Origin: an uncultured candidate division Zixibacteria bacterium
GTDB taxonomy: Bacteria > Zixibacteria > MSB-5A5 > GN15 > PGXB01
Direction of reading: 5' to 3'
DNA length: 64,000 nt
NCBI GenBank assembly: GCA_963702205.1
Contig: OY969724.1
Coordinates: 3,232,001 to 3,296,000, forward strand
The position numbers and the translations under genes are program-made. The notes under the pieces were generated by a model. The model was not told where the DNA came from. It saw only the letters and a program-made list of their open reading frames with translations, and searched no databases. Below are positions 10,702 to 19,902 of this stretch, piece after piece; positions within the stretch are counted from its first letter, which is position 1; each line of letters starts with the position of its first letter.

Positions 10702-12237
10702 TTAAGGCCCCGGGCCCCCTTTTGTTCCCAAAATTAAGCGCGTTTTTGAAATAAGGAACTGACGGTGGTCCTTCTCGATAGCCACGAAAAACGCAATTAA
10801 GGAATAAACAACGAATGAGACCGCAATAATGGACCAGAACAGGACAAAAGTGTTTATCTCTATAAAACGGCCGGAGAGCCAGATCAATGCCCCAAAAACG
10901 ACGGCCGGGATAAACGGCACCAGATATGATTTCAATAAATATTCCGGCAGCCCGATTTTCAGAGTGCGGCACATATAATATGGTAAAATTATCGTGCCAT
11001 AAATGGTTAAAGGAATGGCCGTGCCCCAGGCAACGCCGTTTATACCATAGGGTTTCACCAATAATATACTTATTGCTATATTGAAAACAGCCATTCCCAT
11101 ATTGAGAATAGCCAACATTTTGACCTTGCCCAAACCGTAAAATATGGAACCCGATACAAACTGCGACAAATATCCGAAATTGGCCCACATGAGTATTGTG
11201 AGCACGGTCCCGGACGGTCCTCCGTATTCAGGTCCCATCCAAAGACTAATAAACTTGTTGCCGAGAATAAGAAAGGTCATCCCGATCGGGAATATTAATA
11301 TCATGCAGTATTTAGTTCCGATATATAGCAGCTTTTTCATGCGGTCATCGTCGCGAGTCGCATCCAGACCCGAGGCTACCGGCGTGATAGTGGTTGACAT
11401 ATGAGAGATGAGATTGGTCAAATAATCAATCATTGTCGCTCCGATGGCGAAAAAAGTAATAGCCTCGGGATTCATAAAGGTCCCGATGACAATCGAATCA
11501 GTCTGGAAATTGATCCGTCCGGATATACCGATAATAAAGGTATAGACGCTAAAACTGGTAATCATCTTTAAAGTCGCTTTATCGGCCCGCTTAAAATTTA
11601 TCTCCATAGACTTATTAATATGCAAACACCAACGCGCCTTTATCAGGAAGCTCACAAGGCTCGCCGCGAGAATTATAATGGCAAGCGAAACCAGCCCGCC
11701 GCCAAGTTTCAGGAATATTACTATGCAAGCCGATCGTGCCAGGAAAACGGAAATCTCAATAATGTTATTAAGATCGAATCTCTGCAGGGCATTGAGAACG
11801 GCATTGAAGACACCGAAAGGAAAACTCGCCGCGACATTCAAGCCGACTATAATGACGATCAGTCTGAACTGATCGTGAAATTCCGGTGGAACGTCCACTA
11901 CCTTCGGGGCGATATAAGCAAGTACCAAGCTTGCCAGTATGACCAGACCCGCTATGGATGAAAATACCAATAGCATGGTATTGACTATTTTGTTGACCAT
12001 CGAATCATCGTTAAGAGCCTTATAGCGGGAAACGAATTTCACGATGGCCGGCCGCATGCCCAGATCCAATATGCCAAGATAGCCAGTGATGGATCCGACC
12101 AAAACCCAGATACCATACCCAGTATTACCCAGCGTGTGTACCACGAACGGTGATATAAAGAAGGACACGACTATATTGACAACATAGCCCATCCAATTGG
12201 AAAATACGTTCTTAACGATTTGCTTTATTGATATCAT
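10702..12237 (-). CDS. wzx: Wzx-type oligosaccharide flippase
   Basis: 511 aa with 12-14 TM segments, 'LGxxGYGIW...LDLG' pattern and GVAWGT near the C-terminus. Confidence 0.9.
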   Translation of the reverse strand: MISIKQIVKNVFSNWMGYVVNIVVSFFISPFVVHTLGNTGYGIWVLVGSITGYLGILDLGMRPAIVKFVSRYKALNDDSMVNKIVNTMLLVFSSIAGLVILASLVLAYIAPKVVDVPPEFHDQFRLIVIIVGLNVAASFPFGVFNAVLNALQRFDLNNIIEISVFLARSACIVIFLKLGGGLVSLAIIILAASLVSFLIKARWCLHINKSMEINFKRADKATLKMITSFSVYTFIIGISGRINFQTDSIVIGTFMNPEAITFFAIGATMIDYLTNLISHMSTTITPVASGLDATRDDDRMKKLLYIGTKYCMILIFPIGMTFLILGNKFISLWMGPEYGGPSGTVLTILMWANFGYLSQFVSGSIFYGLGKVKMLAILNMGMAVFNIAISILLVKPYGINGVAWGTAIPLTIYGTIILPYYMCRTLKIGLPEYLLKSYLVPFIPAVVFGALIWLSGRFIEINTFVLFWSIIAVSFVVYSLIAFFVAIEKDHRQFLISKTRLILGTKGGPGP

Positions 12238-12265
12238 ATTCCAACAATATGTATAATCGAGCCTT

Positions 12266-13330
12266 TCACGCCAGATATTCCAGACTCAGAGTCCGCGATA
12301 TTATAGGCCGCGACGTCGATAATGGCATATGCAGTCGGTGGAGCATGAAAAAGTCGGACCGGGGGGCGACATTGCCGGTCATACTGGCACAGGCATATTT
12401 GTAGTCATGTTTCTTCAGAATCGGGACGAATTTTTCATAGGCGATTATGTCGTGACCGTAGGGATACGCAAAACCGGTAACAGGCAAACCTATCGCCTGC
12501 TCGATGTCATTTTTGGACTTCAATATTTCGAGTTCAGCAACTTCAAAATCGCAATAAGACAAATTAATGTGAGAGCAGGTATGAGCACCGAACCGGATGC
12601 CGTATGATGACATTTCTTTTATCTGGTCCCAACTCAGAATATTTTCCTTGGTTTCTCTGATGATTTTGTCACCGACCAAAATGTCGCGCAGGGCATCAAG
12701 CATATCCTCGCGTCTGGAATCATCCATACGCCTTATAATGTTTTCGACCTTCGTATACAGGGCATTATATAGATTGGCGTCGCCGCCGATCACGTCCGGA
12801 TTCAATTCAATGGATCTGTTCAACAGCGTCTCGATTTTTTTGATCAGTTCATTCGAGATGACGCAATTTTCCACAAAATCTCCGAACATGCGCCACCAGG
12901 GGTATATTTGTCGTCCTATCCAGTCGGTCGTAAGGTAGACGGTGGCTTTCAATCCGTGCTTTTTTAATAAAGGAAATGCCATTTTGTATGCGGACAGGTA
13001 ACCGTCGTCGATGGTAATGGCAACACTTTTTTGCGATAAAGCACCATGGGCATTAAGTTCTTTTACCGCATCCTCGACCGTAATTACACGGAAATCTTTT
13101 TTTAGCGTAATCAAAGCCGCTTCAAACTGCGAGGGATTCGGGCTGTCCCGATAAAACCAACTGGACTTTTGAACGGCCTCATTGACAAAATTATGATACA
13201 TGAGTATCAATAATCTGTTTTCCTGCGGTTTTCTGGCAGTTTCGAGGAATCTATAGTACCCACCGTAATACAAGCCCTTTTTAATAGTGGATTTTATTGA
13301 ATCATTCATTCTATCATCTCCGGGCGACAA
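12266..13330 (-). CDS. Polysaccharide deacetylase (CE4)
   Basis: ILMYH, AITIDDGY, FGAHTCSH, FAYPYG. Confidence 0.9.
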   Translation of the reverse strand: MSPGDDRMNDSIKSTIKKGLYYGGYYRFLETARKPQENRLLILMYHNFVNEAVQKSSWFYRDSPNPSQFEAALITLKKDFRVITVEDAVKELNAHGALSQKSVAITIDDGYLSAYKMAFPLLKKHGLKATVYLTTDWIGRQIYPWWRMFGDFVENCVISNELIKKIETLLNRSIELNPDVIGGDANLYNALYTKVENIIRRMDDSRREDMLDALRDILVGDKIIRETKENILSWDQIKEMSSYGIRFGAHTCSHINLSYCDFEVAELEILKSKNDIEQAIGLPVTGFAYPYGHDIIAYEKFVPILKKHDYKYACASMTGNVAPRSDFFMLHRLHMPLSTSRPIISRTLSLEYLA

Positions 13331-13363
13331 TTATCGCACTATGAGCAGCGAGGACTAACATTT

Positions 13364-14524
13364 CTATTGTTCTGGTGTCGATCCGCCCGCGTCCTTTTTT
13401 CTCAGACCCTGCATATACTTTACAGCGTGTTTCAGGAATCGGCGGCAATATTGTCTCAGTAATAGCAGCAAGGCCGGAACGGATCGATTATAAAATGTAA
13501 CCAGCCATTCACGCCGTTCTCGTTTTGTCCAGTCGTACTTATAGCTTTCGAAACCCCGTAACAAATCCAGTTCGTGACAACCCCGCTCAATTGAAAGTTT
13601 TACACAATATCCAATCACGACCCGTCCGATGCTGGCTTTGGGAACCGCTGCCCTGTCGACACCAAGCAAATAGTAATACATGATTTTATTATACTCAAAG
13701 CCGTAAAAGCTGCCGATCGGATTACCATCGAGATTCAAGGAGCATAATAACAATTCATTTCGAGAGACCCGATTCTCGGCAAACTCCCTGTGGAAAGTAT
13801 TGAACATCTCAGTATTGAAACTTCCGCTTTGTCCACGATCCTGCCACGATAAACGGTGCAATCGGATATGGGTAGCCATAAGTCTGTCGAGATCCGATAT
13901 ATCGGTACAAACGTCCCATTCCACGGTTCCTGCCTGCTCGATAAGGTCCGTCGACACTTTCAGCGCACGCCTCTGATTCCCGCTTAAAGATGACACATAA
14001 TTGTCCCAACTCTCCGTCAGGCTAATGTAAGGACATATGCTATAGCCCTCGATTTCGTACTTCAAGCACCGAGCGTCGGTTCCGGCCATCTGGCAAAACT
14101 GATGCAATATTTGTGAGTCGGACGGGACATAATGATATTCCCATATGTCCCAATATTTATGCAGGGGGCCAAATATATATTCCCAGAATATTTTCGGAAT
14201 TTTATTAAGATATTTTTCGGCTATAATAAAGTCAAGGTGATCGGGGCAAATCTCTTCAGATCCTATAAATCCGAGTATTCTCAATTTGATAATACCGAGA
14301 TAGCTCACCTGTTTCACCCAAAGCGGTGCCAACCCGACTAGCTTCTGTTTGTCATAAATGGCGATACAAAGCAGTTGATCGGAATCAGTATAGACGTTTA
14401 TCCAGTTCCTGATCCAGTCCCATGTAAGTGATAGAGTATTATTTGGGCTTTGGGCAAGCAAAGCGTCCCAATCATCCGAAATGACCTTAAGTTCTTCGAG
14501 ATTTCTGAAGTATTTTATATCCAT
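13364..14524 (-). CDS. GNAT-family acyltransferase (CelD/BcsL-like)
   Basis: LVGLAPL, DHLDFI, WDIW, CPYISLTESWDNY, DLLRGFESYKYDW. Confidence 0.85.
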   Translation of the reverse strand: MDIKYFRNLEELKVISDDWDALLAQSPNNTLSLTWDWIRNWINVYTDSDQLLCIAIYDKQKLVGLAPLWVKQVSYLGIIKLRILGFIGSEEICPDHLDFIIAEKYLNKIPKIFWEYIFGPLHKYWDIWEYHYVPSDSQILHQFCQMAGTDARCLKYEIEGYSICPYISLTESWDNYVSSLSGNQRRALKVSTDLIEQAGTVEWDVCTDISDLDRLMATHIRLHRLSWQDRGQSGSFNTEMFNTFHREFAENRVSRNELLLCSLNLDGNPIGSFYGFEYNKIMYYYLLGVDRAAVPKASIGRVVIGYCVKLSIERGCHELDLLRGFESYKYDWTKRERREWLVTFYNRSVPALLLLLRQYCRRFLKHAVKYMQGLRKKDAGGSTPEQ

Positions 14525-14592
14525 AAAATTCAGCTTCCGATTAACGCAAAATAAATTCAGTTTCCGGATTTACACCAAATAATATCAGTAAC

Positions 14593-15204
14593 TTACTCAG
14601 GCAGCTGTTCGACGGGGTTTTTCCAGACCAGAAGGCTCGCATTATTATAATCACTAAGTACCACTCGGCCCGGATTACCGGCAGCCAGGCTCCTTTCGGG
14701 GATGCTGCGGGAAAGGACACAACCGCTGGTTATTGTTGCATTATCTCCTATGGTAATTCCACCGGAAATTATGGCCCCTGTCCCTATCCATATATTATTG
14801 CCCAGCACGGGGATCCCAACGGCGTTTGCCGCATGGCCTATGCCGATTGTCGTGTTGTGCGACAAACTGACGTTACTCCCGAGTTTCGTGGGTCCGACGT
14901 ATATGGTGCCGACGTGGCCGATATAAAAACCGGGTCCGATTTCAATCGCTTCAATATTTACATGGTGGACCATCTGAATAAGATAATTTAATACCGCATA
15001 CATTAGCTTGGGGATTAACCCCAACAATTTATTCAATTTGTACATGCGATCGGCAAATTGGCCCAATCTATAGCACGCAACACAGTGCAGACCAAAATTT
15101 GTTACCCATAATCTAAATACTTTGGATGACCGAGGATTGGTCCGACCATATTCAATCAGATAGTACTTCTCCAGATCGTATTTAAAATTCTTTATTTTAG
15201 CCAT
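14593..15204 (-). CDS. Hexapeptide-repeat O-acetyltransferase (CysE/WcaB-like)
   Basis: IGPGFYIGH, left-handed beta-helix repeats, AGNPGRV. Confidence 0.85.
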   Translation of the reverse strand: MAKIKNFKYDLEKYYLIEYGRTNPRSSKVFRLWVTNFGLHCVACYRLGQFADRMYKLNKLLGLIPKLMYAVLNYLIQMVHHVNIEAIEIGPGFYIGHVGTIYVGPTKLGSNVSLSHNTTIGIGHAANAVGIPVLGNNIWIGTGAIISGGITIGDNATITSGCVLSRSIPERSLAAGNPGRVVLSDYNNASLLVWKNPVEQLPE

Positions 15205-15426
15205 TTCAAAAGAGTCAGTGAGTGAGATTATGACGCCCGCCGACTGTGAGATAAAATGATCCTGGTCGGATTCGAGATACTTTGCGTCGACTTGACTTTA
15301 TGCCAGGAAACAGGGTGGCGTCATGAAAATCAGCCATACGGGTTAACATAGAAACGCTCCCACGTGTCTTAAGGTGATATCCAAAAAGCATTCCGAATGT
15401 ATAAATAAAATTGATCTTGCCGTTCC

Positions 15427-16947
15427 TTATTTAATCGACTTGAAATGCTTGAGTGAATTAATCTTCGGCACTACTGCCAATATCGGGAGATTTGTACACT
15501 CCTTAATTTCCTGGGCGCTCTTTAGGGAAGAATCGAACAGCTCTGCCACGAGGCCCGCAGCCAGGCCTATAATCATGCCAAGCATAAATCCCGTTAGTGA
15601 TATTTTTATTCGATCCGGTCGCACCGGACTTACCGGCAATTTCGCCGGTTCCACTATACGATATTTTGTGGACGACATATCCCTTAATAAAGCTTCAGAC
15701 AGAGAAGATCCTTCCTGCTGTTTTGCAAACTTGTCCCGCAATTCTGTAATTGTAGCTATCTCCCTATTTAGCTTGTCCAACTTTTGACGGTTTTCCAGCA
15801 TTTCGTTGGCCTTATTCTTAAGTTGATCGAGAGATGCTTTCAAATAATTTATCCTTATTTCAAAAATATCCAGGTTATCCCGGACCGTGAATAAACGCGC
15901 AACCATATCCTTCTGATTCTTATCCATAGATGAATATTGAGCTCCAACAAGCCGTTTATTTTCATTTTCGATCTCAAGCATCAGGGAATCCTGCTTTAAA
16001 TGGTAATTCAACATTTGCGGGTCATTCCAGGGGTATTTTATAACCATATCACCTACAGAGCGCAAATGGTCTTTTAAATTTTTCCTTTCCGTGGCCTTGG
16101 CATCAGATTCTTTGATCGAAAGTTTGGCTGGATCAATATCGGCATTTTCCAACTGCCCCATTAAATCTCTTTCTTCTTGTTCTGAATCCGAAATATCCTG
16201 CTCTGTTTGATCTATCTCTGATTGGATCTGATCATAATTGTTCTTCGAAACAATAGTTGAGTCGAATTGACTTTGAATCATGCCCTTTTCAAGATCTGTC
16301 TTTTCTTTTGTTTTTTCTTCAAGCGTGCTCTTGTATTTCTGCAATTGAACGCTTGAAAAATCCTGAGATGAACGTATGGATTTCACATCTTCCTTCAAAC
16401 GTTCTTCAACAAATAACTCGGAAAGCGTATTGGTAATATCACGTGCCATCACTGGATCGGACGATTCAGCAGAAATTCGTATTTGTTTTCCACCAGCATG
16501 GTTGACGAAAATGTTTTTCGCGAGACGACCCTGAAGTATATAAATTATGGCCTGCTCTTTGGTCATTTGGGGTGTCTTCGCGACAATTTGATCGACTTGG
16601 GCCAACAACTTGGGGTCTTTATCCAATTTAAGCCTTACGGCCAGTTCGGAAATAAATTGCGATGAGATCAATTCATTTCTATAACCTCGCAACTCATCAT
16701 CCCTCAAGGCGTCATTTTGATACCCACGCCCCATCCCCAAAAGGCCTTGCAGTTCTTCAGATAGCCTTATTTCCCGATCTATCATTATGATTGAATCGGC
16801 CCGATATTGGGGCGTTAAAAATTTGGCTCCGATATATACGGTTGCTGTAACTATAATCCAAGGCAATATGATAAGCCATTTCCTTCGCCATATTGCGGGC
16901 CAGATATCTTTTACATCAATAAGTTTTTTGGTCGGAGCTTCGTCCAT
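15427..16947 (-). CDS. Polysaccharide co-polymerase (Wzz/Wzc N-terminal part, no fused kinase)
   Basis: IWRRKWLI + TM, long coiled coil, IVEPAKLPVSPVRP + TM, ends LPILAVVPKI with no Walker motif. Confidence 0.9.
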   Translation of the reverse strand: MDEAPTKKLIDVKDIWPAIWRRKWLIILPWIIVTATVYIGAKFLTPQYRADSIIMIDREIRLSEELQGLLGMGRGYQNDALRDDELRGYRNELISSQFISELAVRLKLDKDPKLLAQVDQIVAKTPQMTKEQAIIYILQGRLAKNIFVNHAGGKQIRISAESSDPVMARDITNTLSELFVEERLKEDVKSIRSSQDFSSVQLQKYKSTLEEKTKEKTDLEKGMIQSQFDSTIVSKNNYDQIQSEIDQTEQDISDSEQEERDLMGQLENADIDPAKLSIKESDAKATERKNLKDHLRSVGDMVIKYPWNDPQMLNYHLKQDSLMLEIENENKRLVGAQYSSMDKNQKDMVARLFTVRDNLDIFEIRINYLKASLDQLKNKANEMLENRQKLDKLNREIATITELRDKFAKQQEGSSLSEALLRDMSSTKYRIVEPAKLPVSPVRPDRIKISLTGFMLGMIIGLAAGLVAELFDSSLKSAQEIKECTNLPILAVVPKINSLKHFKSIK

Positions 16948-17515
16948 CTAATATCCTCTGCCATTTAGAGTTATTTTAAAACAAAATGTAGATAATTCCA
17001 ACATTATTCCGAATAATTATTAATCGTCTAATTTAAACATCTATTTAGCTGAATGGTGCCAATGATTTACGGAAAATTATTGATTCAAACCACATTGACA
17101 GCCCGAGAATTTTGGTCGATATAAAAATCAATGTTTCGCCTAATACCCAAGATCAAAACACAACCTATCTGACTGTATTGCAATCTCTTATAACTTATAT
17201 AAAATGATGTCTGCTGCCACAAGACTCTGCTGTCCATGACCTTAAAGGGTGCAAGGGAATTAGTCCCTTTGTGATTAGTTTGTGCCAAAAGGTTCTTGTA
17301 TCACAATTTGAATCAGGAAATCTAAATTCTATGGGAGCTTTTTTTTAAATTGGCTTAACAAATTTGTAAATATATGCGTTTTATGTATATCGGCCATGTT
17401 AGAAATGCTCGAAAGAGCCTTATATTAAACAGGTACTGGATACCTGCTTTGGTCTTTTTTGCGGAAATATGTATTTCTCATTAGTGATTGCCAATGAATC
17501 ATAAGGAGGCCTAAC

Positions 17516-18745
17516 GTGCGTATTGGTTTTGATGGAATGCCTTTTACATTGAATTGGATTGAGGGCATGCTTGTATATAACAATCGCCTCCTGGGTGCAC
17601 TTACTGAATTGAGACCATCGGACGAATACTGGTTTTTCTTTCAATCCCTACGACAGGATTTCAATGACGTGCCTTTGCCAGGGAGCAGTAATAATCGCAA
17701 AAAATCAATCGTAAGATTACCGGCCCTTCCCTATTTATCTTTCATTCCGTCAAATGCGATAAACCTCGAATTATATTTCGACGTGTATTTGCCATATCTG
17801 CTGAAAAAGAACAAAATCGAGATTTTCCACGGTCTATTTTATCAGGTGCCGCGTCGCACAAAAGCACGCGTTGTCACTACTTTTCACGATATATTCGCCT
17901 GTTCCATTCCCTGGGCCCTCGCTCCCGAAGAGATTCATATCCGCAAGAAATGGTACGCAAAAGCACTAAAGCGTTCGGATATTATAATTGCCGTATCTGA
18001 ATCAACGAAGCAGGAGTTAATTATGCACTATGATGTGAATCCTGAATATATTATCGTGATACCGCTGGCCAGTAGTTCGGTATTCAAACCAATCAAAGAT
18101 GACAACGCCCTTAAAGCGGTCAAGAATAAGTATGCACTGCCGGAACATTTTATCCTGGGATTGGGAGCAACTCACAAAAGGAAAACGCCTGAAACATTGC
18201 TTAGGGCGTATGCGGAATCTATAAAGATGCAAGACCACGAATGCGACCTCGTATTTTTCGGCGGTGGTTTGGGCCTTCAAAAAACATGGGCGGGTTTAAT
18301 GCAGGACTTAAAAATAAACTCCCGCGTAAAATTCATTCATTCGATATCAGCTGAAGAGCTGGCGGTGCTTTACTCCATGGCTGAATTATTCGTGTTGCCG
18401 TCGAAATTCGAAGGTTTCGGCATCCCGATTCTGGAGGCCATGGCCTGTGGAACACCGGTAATCACTTCAAATATATCGGCGATGCCGGAAGTTGCTGGAG
18501 GTGCGGCCAAGCTTATAGATCCATTCAATCAGGAAGAGTTGGCGACGGCCATATCTAATATTGTCGAGGATGATAGCCTCAAAAACGAAATGAAGAGGAG
18601 AGGACTTATTCGGGCCAGTCTATTCAGCTGGGAAAAAACTGCCCGGGAAACAGCAAGTGTCTATGACGCAGCATACAGCTCGCTTCGGTCAACGTCGACG
18701 CGAAATCAAAGGCCAAATTGTATCCGGAGTAATTCTGCAGGATAA
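17516..18745 (+). CDS. Glycosyltransferase family 4
   Basis: TFHD, AVSESTK, PSKFEGFGIPILEAMACGTPV, FSWEKTA. Confidence 0.95.
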   Translation: MRIGFDGMPFTLNWIEGMLVYNNRLLGALTELRPSDEYWFFFQSLRQDFNDVPLPGSSNNRKKSIVRLPALPYLSFIPSNAINLELYFDVYLPYLLKKNKIEIFHGLFYQVPRRTKARVVTTFHDIFACSIPWALAPEEIHIRKKWYAKALKRSDIIIAVSESTKQELIMHYDVNPEYIIVIPLASSSVFKPIKDDNALKAVKNKYALPEHFILGLGATHKRKTPETLLRAYAESIKMQDHECDLVFFGGGLGLQKTWAGLMQDLKINSRVKFIHSISAEELAVLYSMAELFVLPSKFEGFGIPILEAMACGTPVITSNISAMPEVAGGAAKLIDPFNQEELATAISNIVEDDSLKNEMKRRGLIRASLFSWEKTARETASVYDAAYSSLRSTSTRNQRPNCIRSNSAG

Positions 18746-18837
18746 TGGGTCGTCACTAAGTGCTTCTTTCCAATACATCAAGTAACGCTATTATGCCGAG
18801 TTTATTATTGTTGATATCTTGAGCAACCCTGCTACAT

Positions 18838-19830
18838 TTGCATTATGTCGTCCCAAAAGCCGCAATTATGAACGGAAATTTGAAAACTAATTTATCTTTA
18901 ATCATTTTCGCACTTGCAATTCTGTTTATCATTCTGTTTGTCAATCTTCCCGGCAATTCTATATTTATGGATGAAGTTCAGAACACGGGTCATAGTATTG
19001 CGTTCGGGGCGTTTTCAATCATAATATTGGTTATCGTTCAAAAGTCCAAATTAAACGCGAAAAGGGGACAGCTTTTCCCCTATTTGTTCGCGCTGGTTCT
19101 ATCTGTCGTGATGGGAGGCGGGACAGAATTCATTCAACACTTTATAGGGCGCGACGCAGAAGTAGGAGATATTATAAGAGACGCGCTGGGATCGGTGGCC
19201 TTTTTGGGCCTGCATTTTTCGTTCTGGCGAAAGCCCGATGAAAATGGTCGCAAGCACCTGAAATTATACGTCAGAGTTTTCTCCGCATTTTTATCCTTAC
19301 TGCTGTTTGTACCATTGTGCTTGAATGCCAGAGCCTATCTCGAACGCGATGAGTCATTCCCGATAATTTGTGATTTCGGGCAAAACTGGATTACCCAGTT
19401 TATATCTCTCCGGGATTGCAAAATGAAGATTGTTGAGGCGCCCGATAATTGGGCTGGCGAGTTTCCCGAACGTGTCGCTCACATTTTATTGAATAAAGCT
19501 CAATATCCCGGTTTCGCCATGCACGAGCCATATCCGAATTGGTCCGATTATTCGGATTTGAATTTTAATATTTATTCCGATATGAAGGATACCGTATTTC
19601 TGACTCTTAGAATAGACGACAAGCATCATAATAATAATTACAACGATCGATATAACAGGACATTCCCAGTTGCCCCCGGGGCAAATTCTTACCGTTTTTC
19701 CCTGACGGACGTTAAATTCGCTCCGGCAACGCGAGAAACAGACATGAAATCCATCGGGGCATTTGTCATTTTCGGGTACAATATCGACCGGGATATATCA
19801 ATCTATCTGGGTAAAATCGGGCTCGAATAA
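18838..19830 (+). CDS. VanZ-like membrane protein with a C-terminal CBM-like domain
   Basis: GHSIAFG...TEFIQHFIGR...DIIRDALG VanZ-like pattern, then a soluble beta domain (PNWSDY, LRIDD). Confidence 0.7.
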   Translation: MHYVVPKAAIMNGNLKTNLSLIIFALAILFIILFVNLPGNSIFMDEVQNTGHSIAFGAFSIIILVIVQKSKLNAKRGQLFPYLFALVLSVVMGGGTEFIQHFIGRDAEVGDIIRDALGSVAFLGLHFSFWRKPDENGRKHLKLYVRVFSAFLSLLLFVPLCLNARAYLERDESFPIICDFGQNWITQFISLRDCKMKIVEAPDNWAGEFPERVAHILLNKAQYPGFAMHEPYPNWSDYSDLNFNIYSDMKDTVFLTLRIDDKHHNNNYNDRYNRTFPVAPGANSYRFSLTDVKFAPATRETDMKSIGAFVIFGYNIDRDISIYLGKIGLE

Positions 19831-19902
19831 CGTCGGTAAATACACCGGATTATCGTATTTATCAACCGGCGAAAGGCGTCATAAATAAGAGCCGAATTTA
19901 CC

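Noticed and set aside
15280..15306. GACGCAAAG resembling a c-di-GMP-I riboswitch
   Set aside because: The GGCAAA...GAAA tetraloop stem required upstream is absent.
17047..17063. Sigma54-like TTGGCACCATTCAGCT upstream of the co-polymerase gene
   Set aside because: GG-to-GC spacing is 9, not 10.
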